DNA from: an uncultured Methanosarcinales archaeon
GTDB lineage: Archaea > Nanobdellota > Nanobdellia > Woesearchaeales > JANQNQ01
DNA: 32,000 nt
NCBI GenBank assembly: GCA_964550525.1
Contig: CAZJZJ010000002.1
Span: forward strand, 15,618 to 47,617
Reading direction: 5' to 3'
The translations under genes and the position numbers were made by a program. Shown piece by piece: positions 8,479-17,720 of the stretch; the first letter of the stretch is position 1, and each line of letters begins with the position of its first letter. Under the pieces are notes generated by a model, which was not told where the DNA came from, did no database searches, and worked only from the letters and a program-made list of their open reading frames with translations.

Positions 8479-10017
8479 ATGAAAGAAGATTTTAGTATGT
8501 ACAAGGACAAAGTTGACTTTAAACTAGTCCCAGAGATAAAAGAAAAAGAAGAAAAGATAGTTGAACAACTTGAAAAACAATTAACAAAAGCTATTGAAAA
8601 AAGAGCTTCTGGGAAAATAGGTGTTTTATTCTCTGGCGGCATAGATTCTACATTGATTGCAATGATCTTAAAAAAACTAGGACATGATTTCACTTGTTAT
8701 ACAGCAGCTTTGGATGACTCAAACCTTAAACAGCCGGAAGATTTAATTTACGCAGAAAAGGTTGCAAAAGAGCTTGGGTTTAAGTTAAAAGTTGTGAAAA
8801 TCAAATTAGGGCAAGTAGAAGAATATCTTAAAAAAATTATTCACATAATTAAAGATCCAAATGTAGTTAAGGTTGGTGTTGCACTGCCTATTTATTTTGC
8901 TTCTGAACAAGCTAAAAAAGATGGTTGCAGAGTTGTTTTCTCTGGTCTTGGAAGTGAAGAAATCTTTGCAGGCTATCAACGGCATCGTGAAACAAAGAAT
9001 ATTAATCAAGAGTGTTTGAATGGTCTAAAATTAATGTATAAAAGAGATTTAACAAGGGACAGCGCAATCGCAGAACACCTTGGTATAGATTTAATGTGTC
9101 CTTTCCTTGACAAAGATCTTGTAGAATACTCTTTAAGGATTCCTGCAAAATATAAAATCAGAAATGGGCAGCAAAAGCACATTATTAGGCAGGTAGGTAA
9201 AAAACTTGGACTAAAAAAAGAGTTTGCTGAGAGAAAAAAACGTGCAGCACAATATGGAAGTAACTTTCATAAAGCATTGATTAAACTTACTAAGAAGAAT
9301 AGATTCAACTATATCAAAGACTACTTAGCAACATTCTTTCCTTTAGGAGCTTTAATCAGTTCTGGTAAGGATAGCATATATGCAATGTATAAAATAATGA
9401 AACAAGGCTATAAAATTAATTGTTTAATTACTTTGAAAAGCAAAAACCCAGATTCATTCATGTTTCACACGCCTACAATTGACCTAGTTAAATTACAGGC
9501 AGAATCCGTAGGCATTCCTTTAATTGAACACAAAACAAAAGGTGAGGAAGAAAAAGAACTAACTGACCTAACTGCTGCTTTGGAAAAAGCAAAAAAACAA
9601 TACAATATCCAAGGGATTACTACAGGTGCCTTATTCTCTTCCTACCAAAAAAACAGAATAGAAAAAGTATGCGAGAAACTAAACCTAAAAGTCTTTTCTC
9701 CACTCTGGCACATGGACCAGGAGAAAGAAATTAGAGAGATAATTGATGCTGGTTTTAAGTTCATCATCACAAAGATCGCTGCTGAAGGTCTTGACAAAAC
9801 CTGGCTCGGCAAAGTGGTTGGTCATAAGGATGTTGATAAGTTAGTAGAGCTCAACAAGAAGATAGGCTTGAATATTAGCGGCGAAGGCGGCGAATTCGAA
9901 ACATTAATGGTGGATGGGCCGTGTTTTAGCAAGCCGATAAAGATTGTCAATTCTGAGATAGAGATGGAGAATGAACGGACTGGAAATTATAATATCATTA
10001 AAGCTGAGTTAGAATAA
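8479..10017 (+). CDS. Fusion: glutaminase-less asparagine-synthase-like PP-loop domain + diphthine-ammonia ligase (Dph6) domain
   Basis: The N half has LFSGGIDSTLIAMIL, FSGLGSEEIFAGYQRH and CPFLDKDLVEYSLRIP. The C half has ALISSGKDSIYAMYKI, ITTGALFSSYQKNRIEKVCEKLNLKVFSPLW and GEGGEFETLMVDGPCF. Confidence 0.88.
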   Translation: MKEDFSMYKDKVDFKLVPEIKEKEEKIVEQLEKQLTKAIEKRASGKIGVLFSGGIDSTLIAMILKKLGHDFTCYTAALDDSNLKQPEDLIYAEKVAKELGFKLKVVKIKLGQVEEYLKKIIHIIKDPNVVKVGVALPIYFASEQAKKDGCRVVFSGLGSEEIFAGYQRHRETKNINQECLNGLKLMYKRDLTRDSAIAEHLGIDLMCPFLDKDLVEYSLRIPAKYKIRNGQQKHIIRQVGKKLGLKKEFAERKKRAAQYGSNFHKALIKLTKKNRFNYIKDYLATFFPLGALISSGKDSIYAMYKIMKQGYKINCLITLKSKNPDSFMFHTPTIDLVKLQAESVGIPLIEHKTKGEEEKELTDLTAALEKAKKQYNIQGITTGALFSSYQKNRIEKVCEKLNLKVFSPLWHMDQEKEIREIIDAGFKFIITKIAAEGLDKTWLGKVVGHKDVDKLVELNKKIGLNISGEGGEFETLMVDGPCFSKPIKIVNSEIEMENERTGNYNIIKAELE

Positions 10018-10095
10018 TCTCCTTGATGGGACTATAACTACCTCTAAATAGCAACTGAGAAAAGCTTTAAATATAACTTGTTCTTTCCATTCATT

Positions 10096-10467
10096 ATGCT
10101 TAAAGGACATAGTAGATTATTGGCTGTAGCACATGTTGGGGAGAACAAAGTATTAGAACTACCTGGAATTAAGCCTGTTACCACATTGGATGAGATTAAA
10201 GAATTAGATGGTACGAGTCTAATCTTACTTAGTTCTGATAAGAGTACGCTTGAATATATTGAGATGGCTAGAACAGGATCAATTGTTAATAATATAGGTG
10301 ACCCACGAGTAAGTGTCCATGGTGCAAAAAGTTATTTTCTTAAGTATAATTGGGTTGGTATGAACTTTGGATCTTCATATGTTCCACAAGTAGGTACAAC
10401 AGAAATTACATCTCAAGATGTTAAACAAGGGAATGTTTATTTAGATACTTACCCGGAAGAATCTTAA
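10096..10467 (+). CDS. Hypothetical protein, probably from a leaderless transcript
   Basis: The ATG at 10096 (MLKGHSRLLAVAHVGENK...) lies ~26 nt from the centre of the TATA-like TTTAAATATA. The upstream TTG start in the track is less likely. Confidence 0.55.
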   Translation: MLKGHSRLLAVAHVGENKVLELPGIKPVTTLDEIKELDGTSLILLSSDKSTLEYIEMARTGSIVNNIGDPRVSVHGAKSYFLKYNWVGMNFGSSYVPQVGTTEITSQDVKQGNVYLDTYPEES

Positions 10468-10502
10468 GTAATTATACTTCTACTCATAAAAAAAGCACAA
10501 CT

Positions 10503-11573
10503 CTAAAACTCAGTCAACTTCTTCTCTTGTTTTTTGTACTTTACTATTGTTGTATTGCCTTCAGAACCAGTTACTTTCTCTGTTTTAATGAACTTTGCTT
10601 TAGCTAAAGAAGCAATCATTCTTTGGAAAGACTTATAACTTCTTTGTCCACCTTCTTCAAGGTACTTCTTATGTAAATCTCCAATCTTGCTTTCTGGGAA
10701 ACGTTTGACTATATTCAAAACAAACCTTTTCTCATCTTCTAAATCAGTTGACTTCTTTATTGAGTATTCATCTAATTTTGCAAACGCCTTATTTACATGC
10801 TCAATATTGATCTTTCTTGAAGAAGCATCTTCAGCAGCAAGCCCTGACTCACGCATTAAGTATAGACCAGCTCTTATATCCAGCAATTTAGATGCTTTGC
10901 TTGTTACTGCATTAAAAGCATCCTCTTCCCATACACCTGGTACAAATGCGTATTCTTTCCTTTGTTTAAGTATACCTTTAGTTTCAGCTGGATTATATGG
11001 TTTGAACTCCATTATTTCAGCTGTCAACCTTGACCTGATACGTTCATCTAGATTATCAATCCAGTTTTTATAATTAGTAATCAAGATAATTGTTTTCCTG
11101 TAAACATCTTCTAGAAGAGAGTATAGAATATCAAACTCCTTAAGCTTGTCAACTTCATCAAAAACAAGTACAACAGAATTCTTGTTAAGTTTCTCTTTTA
11201 CAATATTGAACAACTGCTCTGTTTTTTTGTTCTGTGTAAACTTATATCCAATATAATCACAAATCTCCATAATGATCTTATGGCTTGTATCCTTTTGCCA
11301 GCAATTAACATAGATTGGAACTATCTCATCAGTTGTTTCTTCTAATTCCTGTAAAACATGTCTGCAAGCAACAGTCTTACCTACACCAGGCAAACCATGG
11401 ATCAGAATATTCCTTCCGTTCATCTTATTGAACAAAGGTTTGATACAAGCAGCAATCCTTTTTTGCTGAATCTCTCTAAATGGAACTAGTTTAGGAATAA
11501 AATTAAAATCTAGAGCTACCTCATTCTTGAATAAAGATTCTCCTGCCCCCAGCATGTCCTTGAATAAACTCAT
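10503..11573 (-). CDS. cdc6: Orc1/Cdc6 replication initiator, AAA+ ATPase
   Basis: LVPFREIQQKRI, HGLPGVGKTVACRHVL (Walker A), VVLVFDEVDKL (Walker B), C-terminal winged helix. Confidence 0.93.
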   Translation of the reverse strand: MSLFKDMLGAGESLFKNEVALDFNFIPKLVPFREIQQKRIAACIKPLFNKMNGRNILIHGLPGVGKTVACRHVLQELEETTDEIVPIYVNCWQKDTSHKIIMEICDYIGYKFTQNKKTEQLFNIVKEKLNKNSVVLVFDEVDKLKEFDILYSLLEDVYRKTIILITNYKNWIDNLDERIRSRLTAEIMEFKPYNPAETKGILKQRKEYAFVPGVWEEDAFNAVTSKASKLLDIRAGLYLMRESGLAAEDASSRKINIEHVNKAFAKLDEYSIKKSTDLEDEKRFVLNIVKRFPESKIGDLHKKYLEEGGQRSYKSFQRMIASLAKAKFIKTEKVTGSEGNTTIVKYKKQEKKLTEF

Positions 11574-11582
11574 TTTATTACT

Positions 11583-11903
11583 TTATATTACTTTAGTGCC
11601 GCAATTCGGACAAAAACGATCTACTCCCCTCAAAGGAAACCTGCAATAATTACATCTTTCACCAATGTTTTTGTGCACAACTTTTTTATGCATACGGCCA
11701 TGCACCTTTTCAATCTTTTTGTTAACCCTTCTTTGTTGGAATTTCCTTAAGACAATCTTAGGCAAACCCCAAGCTACAAACATCATACCAGCATAATAAA
11801 ACACTGTTAACTGGTCAGTACCCCTGCTCTTATCCAAGTAATAAGCAGCTGCAGATAATGCTACCCCTATAAATACATGCACCCACCCTGATATGTATGC
11901 CAT
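11583..11903 (-). CDS. Small membrane protein with C-terminal Zn ribbon
   Basis: Two hydrophobic segments, then CNYCRFPLRGVDRFCPNCG. Confidence 0.6.
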   Translation of the reverse strand: MAYISGWVHVFIGVALSAAAYYLDKSRGTDQLTVFYYAGMMFVAWGLPKIVLRKFQQRRVNKKIEKVHGRMHKKVVHKNIGERCNYCRFPLRGVDRFCPNCGTKVI

Positions 11904-11915
11904 AATAACCCCTTT

Positions 11916-13193
11916 TTACTCTTTAACTATCTTCTTAAACGGTAAATATTTATGTAAAACCTTAGGAACTAAAATCGTGCCATCTTTCTGTTGGAAATTC
12001 TCAAGTATAGCGCAGATAGCTCTTGAAGTTGCAATAACAGTACTGTTCAAAGTATGTGCAACAACCTTTTCACCGCCTTCTTTACCTATCTTAATATTCA
12101 ATTTCCTTGCTTGATAGCTTGTACAATTAGAACAGCTTACCATCTCTCTGTATTTGCCTTGTGCAGGGAACCATACCTCTAGATCATACTTCTTTGCAGC
12201 TACACTACCCATATCACCTGTACAGACATTCACTATCCTGTAAGGCAGACCTAGTTTCAGAAAGATCTCTTCAGCATTCTTGATTAGCTCTTTATGTAGT
12301 TCCCATGATTTTTTTGGATGGCAAAAGATAAACTGTTCAATCTTATTGAACTGGTGTACTCTGAATATGCCTTTAGTGTCTTTACCATGGCTACCTGCTT
12401 CTTTCCTGAAACAAGGGCTTACACCTGCGTACTTAAGCGGAGCTTTATCAATATCAATAGTTTCATCCATATGCAAAGCAGCTAAACTATGTTCAGAGGT
12501 TGCAACGAGATACAGGTCTTCTCCTTCAACCTTATATAGTACATCCTCGAAATCTGCGAGTGTAACAGCTCCTTCCATAGGTTTTCTTTTAATCATGAAT
12601 GGCGGTTCAGTAAGCTTGTATCCTTTCTTGTGCATGAAGTCTAAAGCAAACTTTTGTAATGCAATGTCCAACATTGTAAGTTGTGTATTCAGATAATAAA
12701 ACCTTGAACCAGCTACTTTAGCAGCTCTTTCCAGATCTATTAGGTTAAGTTCTTCGCATATGTCTGCATGTGCTTTAGGTGGGAAACCTAGTTTAGGTCT
12801 TTTTCCACCAGTCTTAATCTCTTGATTATCATTCTCATCTTTACCTACAGGTACAGATTCATGTAGAATATTAGGCAACCTCATCATATAGAAAACAATC
12901 TTATCCTTAAGCTGCTCTATCCTGTTTTCTGCTTGATCAATCTTCTTAGGCAGTTCTTTTAGCTCTTTAATCTTAGCTGAGATATCCTTTTTTTCTTTCT
13001 TTAGTTGAGCTATCTCTTTGTTGATAGTGTTTTTACTATGTTTTAGATTCTGCAAATCATAAGTCTGTTTTCTATATGCAGCATCTTTCTTAAGAAGATC
13101 ATCTACCCATTCAATCTTGTCTTCTTGACCTCTTTTCTTCAGGTCATTCTTGACAATCTCAGGATTCTCTCTTATAAGTCTAATATCAAGCAT
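11916..13193 (-). CDS. serS: Seryl-tRNA synthetase (bacterial-type class II)
   Basis: MLDIRLIRENPEIVKNDLKKRG start preceded by SD GGAGGGG. Coiled-coil arm plus class II motifs (SPCFRKEAGSHGKDTKGIFRVHQFNKIEQF; NSTVIATSRAICAILENFQ). Confidence 0.95.
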   Translation of the reverse strand: MLDIRLIRENPEIVKNDLKKRGQEDKIEWVDDLLKKDAAYRKQTYDLQNLKHSKNTINKEIAQLKKEKKDISAKIKELKELPKKIDQAENRIEQLKDKIVFYMMRLPNILHESVPVGKDENDNQEIKTGGKRPKLGFPPKAHADICEELNLIDLERAAKVAGSRFYYLNTQLTMLDIALQKFALDFMHKKGYKLTEPPFMIKRKPMEGAVTLADFEDVLYKVEGEDLYLVATSEHSLAALHMDETIDIDKAPLKYAGVSPCFRKEAGSHGKDTKGIFRVHQFNKIEQFIFCHPKKSWELHKELIKNAEEIFLKLGLPYRIVNVCTGDMGSVAAKKYDLEVWFPAQGKYREMVSCSNCTSYQARKLNIKIGKEGGEKVVAHTLNSTVIATSRAICAILENFQQKDGTILVPKVLHKYLPFKKIVKE

Positions 13194-13311
13194 AACTTCC
13201 CCTCCTAAGACTGAAATGTGGTTAATGGATATAAAAAGGTTTTGGAAATCTTTGATTTTCAGGACCTTAGAAAATCTATTTGATTTTTGTAAGGTTGTGG
13301 AAAAAGGTATT

Positions 13312-13635
13312 TTACCCTGGCCTAGGTTGTGGCGTGGCCTGACTAGCTTGATCACTCCTAAAGAAATCCTTGAATGCTTTTTTAAATGAATAGTATAATA
13401 CTCCAATTGCTAAACCAAAGAATACTGTTGGAACAATTGCAACAGCAGCAGTCATATATGGTGCTGCAGAAGCTGATAAACCTAAACCATAGGTTATTGC
13501 AGTACCTATTGATTGATACCAAGGCATAGCATAACATGCTGTTAAAGCAGCAGCTCCAGTGCCTACTGCAAAAGTGTCTAGACCATAATCAATTCTTTGT
13601 TCTAAACTCTGTTGCCCATTTGGTTGTGGTGGCAT
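13312..13635 (-). CDS. Hypothetical membrane protein
   Basis: 107 aa with two hydrophobic helices and Pro/Gln-rich ends. Confidence 0.45.
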   Translation of the reverse strand: MPPQPNGQQSLEQRIDYGLDTFAVGTGAAALTACYAMPWYQSIGTAITYGLGLSASAAPYMTAAVAIVPTVFFGLAIGVLYYSFKKAFKDFFRSDQASQATPQPRPG

Positions 13636-13851
13636 ATTAATGCATAATAGATGCCTCTTATTTATAAATCTTTCGGTGTTAACTACTCAAAAGTAACACA
13701 AAGAGGTAAATTTAAATATGGGTAAACATATACTTCAATACAACAATATATATAAACTCAAAACACCATATATTTATTTTAACTGTGAGGGTTGCTTTAT
13801 TTTGCGCTATGCTACCGCAGTTGTACAGTGTTTGGATAGGAAGCAACTAAA

Positions 13852-14787
13852 ATGGAACTGCAACTTCATGGCTTGAATGGTAGTGAAAGCCCGGATGTTT
13901 TTCTTAGTGACCTTGTTGTCCTAGGCAGAGATCCAACTCATTCAGATGATAGAGAAAACGCAAATTCTCAGGCTTGGAAAGAACTTTGTATTGACTCAAT
14001 TCTAGAGACGTTACATCATCCTGGTGTAAGAAAGGAAGATGTAGATTTTTTTAATTATGTCTTAAAAAATGATGATTTGACTTATAAAGATCTGGCTGTT
14101 ATCTTTGATTATATGGCTAAGTTTGATTATAAAGATTACTTTGCAGCTGAGATGTTTTATCATGACCAAAGCGATAATATAAATGGAAGAGGAGATTTGT
14201 TCCATCAATTGTTTGATAAGCTTACGGCTGTTTTTGAAGTTACTGGAAAAGAAAGAGAACACATCAGAAAACAGATAGAGATTAAGAAATTCTATATTGA
14301 ATCTCTTCTTTTGCATAAAGCAAATTTAGAGGAATGTTTATCTGAGCATTGGAGTATAGTTAAAACAAAACATCACGATTATATTGGAGAGGATAAATCT
14401 CCTGAATACCATCTTCCTGTAGAAGAAATAAGTGGTATAGACCCTGATTGGATTGATCATTGTAAGATTTATGTTCTTGTGAAAAGCAATGGTGCAGACC
14501 AGAAAATGCATGCAAAAGATGTCATGGATAATGGTTTATCTCTACTTGGTGAAGTAATGAAGGACAAATATATTCATCTTGTTGGGGATATGGTTAAAGG
14601 AACAGCTGTTTGGTTTAGAGACCATGGTACAGAATGGATGCAGGAAAACCTTTCACATTTAGAGCAAGAAGGAATCATGCCTATCGAAAGAGCAACCTTA
14701 GTAATAAGAAAAAACGGAGAATCCCATTATTTCACTTTCCATTACAACCCTCAAGAAAAGGAGCAAACATATTCTACATCACAATAA
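13852..14787 (+). CDS. Hypothetical protein, 311 aa
   Basis: Long ORF with codon-like composition and an upstream TATA (ATATATATAAAC, ~13746-13757). No family recognised. Confidence 0.7.
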   Translation: MELQLHGLNGSESPDVFLSDLVVLGRDPTHSDDRENANSQAWKELCIDSILETLHHPGVRKEDVDFFNYVLKNDDLTYKDLAVIFDYMAKFDYKDYFAAEMFYHDQSDNINGRGDLFHQLFDKLTAVFEVTGKEREHIRKQIEIKKFYIESLLLHKANLEECLSEHWSIVKTKHHDYIGEDKSPEYHLPVEEISGIDPDWIDHCKIYVLVKSNGADQKMHAKDVMDNGLSLLGEVMKDKYIHLVGDMVKGTAVWFRDHGTEWMQENLSHLEQEGIMPIERATLVIRKNGESHYFTFHYNPQEKEQTYSTSQ

Positions 14788-14888
14788 TCTTTATATATTA
14801 AAAACACCAATATCTATACTAGTATGCAATTTGAGCTAAATATTTCTATCTAATTGGCTTATTTAACTAGTGTGAGGTGTACAGGAAA

Positions 14889-15035
14889 ATGAATCTCAAA
14901 AAAATCGCTTATATGAACTCAACAAAATTCAGTAAATTCTCTGTTGTAAACGGATTCAAGTTGTACAGGCAGCCAATGATGATGCGTGCTTCTAGGCTTA
15001 CTAAACTAAGGCGTTCTTTGCATAGAGCTTCCTAA
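14889..15035 (+). CDS. Candidate 48-aa basic peptide
   Basis: MNLKKIAYMNSTKFSKFSVVNGFKLYRQPMMMRASRLTKLRRSLHRAS*; GAGGTG-like SD upstream. Not in the track. Confidence 0.3.
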   Translation: MNLKKIAYMNSTKFSKFSVVNGFKLYRQPMMMRASRLTKLRRSLHRAS

Positions 15036-16867
15036 CCAACAACCAATTTAACATCTTCTTTTTTAGAAACAGCTTCAGCAAGCATTCTGGCCATCTTGTT
15101 CTTTTTGTTTAGTTTAATGCAGCCTGTTTTGCCTACTTTTGCAGTTAGAATGAATTCATCATTTAAGAAAATATCTACATCCTTGTATTTATAAGCAGTA
15201 TCAAGGAAGAATATAAGATGTTTCTTAGTAATCTGGCTCTCAAAACCAACAGCACCTTTATTTCCACTTGGACTAACCTTTTGCTCTGGCGTTAATTCCT
15301 GTATATCAATACTTAAACCAAGCTGTTTTTCAATCTCTGTTATACGTTTGCCTTGCCTGCCAATAATCTTAGAAATATCCTTTTCAGGCACATAGACAAC
15401 TGCTTTATGGTCAGATACAACATCCACTTTTACATTATCAACAATGTTACTAAAGAATTTTTCAACATGTTCACTAGCCAACTTTTGTGCACCTGTTTTT
15501 TGGCCAGCAGCATCTTTAACAGGTATTACTACAGTCTGTTCTCCATAAGTATAAATTTCATATTCTAGTTGATTGTCTTCAAAATTATTTACAACAACTA
15601 CAGGCCTTGCTAGATCAGCTTCTGTCATACCTGTTGGCACTTTTACAGTCATGTTGAGAGATAATACTCTATCAATTCCACCGTTCTTAATAAAAATCAC
15701 AGTATCAATAATCTGAGGGATTACACCCATCTCTACTCTTCCCAAAAAACGCTGGATTGCATCGATTGGATTAGTTGCATGCACTACACCAACCATACCT
15801 ACTCCTGCTAATCTCATATCAGCGAACAACTTGAAATCATTTGTATTACGCATCTCATCAAAGATAGTGTAATCTGGCCTAGATAATAGTAATATATCAT
15901 GTATCTCTTGTGCATCTCCATGACTAATAGCATATTGAGTTATACTTTCTGGCAGGATAAGGTCTCTAGGTGCTTCAACTGTCTTTACAATCTTATCTTT
16001 GCTTGCATAAAACTCAGATATAGCTTGTGCAAAAGTGCTTTTACCCATACCAGGAGCCCCTGCAACTAATACACCTTCCGCCTGCTCACCAATACGTTCC
16101 ATTAATTTCTCAGATAATTTATAATCCTCTAAAGTAAGCCTTCTTACAGGCCTAACAGCAGTAATCTCCCATCCGTCTGAAAACGGTGGCTTGGTTATTA
16201 CAATTCTGTACAATCCTAATTGAACTATAGTTGAACCTGCTCTTTCTATCTCAATAAAACCATCATGCCTTAATTTAGCATCTTCAATAATTTCCCTGGA
16301 AATATCTTGCACTTCTTCCTGGCTTAATACTTTTTTCCTTAAAGCTACAAATTTCCAGCCACCTGGTCTGCCTTTTTTAGCTACAGGCTGTACTTCTTCC
16401 CTAAGATGTACACTCATTGTTTCCTTGTCAAAGAATTTCTCTAACTTTAGTTTCCTTATTGCGCTTTCTGGCTTGAAAAAAATTACTTTCATGCCTTTAG
16501 CTTCAGCTACTCTGCTTTGAACATGGTCAGAAGTGATCAAAGTTGCCCCCTGTTCCCAGGCAAGTTGCCTAATCATAGCATCAATCTCACCTAAAGTAGC
16601 ATATTTTATCTCAACAGCTTTAGGCCTATTCCCTAGATACTCAAGTTCAAACCCTTTTTCCTCAGAAAGAAGTTTTATCCTCTTAATCTCATCTAGGCCT
16701 AAAAAACCAATTGCTTTCCCTTGATTAGCCTGATGCTCTAATTCAGCGATTACAGCCTCATGAATAATAACTTTCTGGACCTTAAACTGCTTCTTCTTAA
16801 TCTTATGTGATACTAAACCCTCTATAAGTATAGAAGTATCTGGAACAAGTAATTCTATTTCTTGCAT
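15032..16867 (-). CDS. PIN domain + PilT/VirB11-like ATPase + KH domain protein (COG1855-like)
   Basis: N-terminal PIN (LLVPDTSILIEG...), Walker A GAPGMGKSTFAQAI, DYTIFDEMRN, KH motif ISKIIGRQGKRITEIEKQLG. Confidence 0.9.
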   Translation of the reverse strand: MQEIELLVPDTSILIEGLVSHKIKKKQFKVQKVIIHEAVIAELEHQANQGKAIGFLGLDEIKRIKLLSEEKGFELEYLGNRPKAVEIKYATLGEIDAMIRQLAWEQGATLITSDHVQSRVAEAKGMKVIFFKPESAIRKLKLEKFFDKETMSVHLREEVQPVAKKGRPGGWKFVALRKKVLSQEEVQDISREIIEDAKLRHDGFIEIERAGSTIVQLGLYRIVITKPPFSDGWEITAVRPVRRLTLEDYKLSEKLMERIGEQAEGVLVAGAPGMGKSTFAQAISEFYASKDKIVKTVEAPRDLILPESITQYAISHGDAQEIHDILLLSRPDYTIFDEMRNTNDFKLFADMRLAGVGMVGVVHATNPIDAIQRFLGRVEMGVIPQIIDTVIFIKNGGIDRVLSLNMTVKVPTGMTEADLARPVVVVNNFEDNQLEYEIYTYGEQTVVIPVKDAAGQKTGAQKLASEHVEKFFSNIVDNVKVDVVSDHKAVVYVPEKDISKIIGRQGKRITEIEKQLGLSIDIQELTPEQKVSPSGNKGAVGFESQITKKHLIFFLDTAYKYKDVDIFLNDEFILTAKVGKTGCIKLNKKNKMARMLAEAVSKKEDVKLVVG

Positions 16868-17157
16868 AATTCACCCCTTTTATGTCATTTTATGAGCTGG
16901 AACTTTATAAATCTTACTATTCCGAAACATTTATAAACTTAGTCTAACCTATTTCTACAACATGAAAATAAACACTATTGCTAAAATTGCAATTCTTTCA
17001 ATAGTGATTATCCTGATTATATAGAATTCTTAGGTTCCAGGTGCCTGACAAGTGCCTGTAACTGAGGCGTTGTTTCCCAAGATAAGGTTTTATTCTTTTT
17101 TCACAAAAAAGCGGTGAGGTGTTTAAGATCACAGATAATCATGAGGAGGATAAGAAA

Positions 17158-17637
17158 ATGAGAAGTGTAAGTTTAGATCAAAAATTGGCTGAAATCACTG
17201 TTCCAGCTGGTGTTTTAGAATCATGGGCAAGGAATCACAGAGATGAAATCTATGCAGACGAGCTGTATCTGCATCTGATTGCAGATGAAAACGATATTCA
17301 TCTGAAAAAAGCTAAAAAACTTATAGGCAATTTCATTGGTGGGAAATATAGAGGTACAAGGTATGTTACACAAGATATGAATTCTCTAGGTCCAGCAAAG
17401 CATACTTTTGCACGATTTACATTCAAGGAAAAGGTTGATGTAGATCAATTATACCATCTAATGCTTTCTGTAGGTTGTAGTTTTGAGATTCTTTCAGCAG
17501 GTTTTAAAGACTACTTAGGTAGGTTTGCTTTTAAGAGAAGAAATGTTACTGTAGATTTTTTAGATACAGGACATTATTCTTTAAGACATCATACAGCAGC
17601 CTATGTTATGAATCCAGAACTAAAACCAAAATCCTAA
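17158..17637 (+). CDS. Hypothetical protein, 159 aa
   Basis: Start at MRSVSLDQKL chosen because SD GAGGAGGA lies 7 nt upstream. No family recognised. Confidence 0.6.
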   Translation: MRSVSLDQKLAEITVPAGVLESWARNHRDEIYADELYLHLIADENDIHLKKAKKLIGNFIGGKYRGTRYVTQDMNSLGPAKHTFARFTFKEKVDVDQLYHLMLSVGCSFEILSAGFKDYLGRFAFKRRNVTVDFLDTGHYSLRHHTAAYVMNPELKPKS

Positions 17638-17720
17638 TTTTTTTCTTCTTTTTCTTTCTAATCGCAACCTTTTTAAACACTCAAAAATTCACCAAATAAG
17701 CATACGGAGCGGAGATATTT

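Noticed and set aside
12280-12696. 138-aa plus-strand ORF inside serS
   Set aside because: Antisense to conserved SerRS catalytic motifs; a composition artefact.
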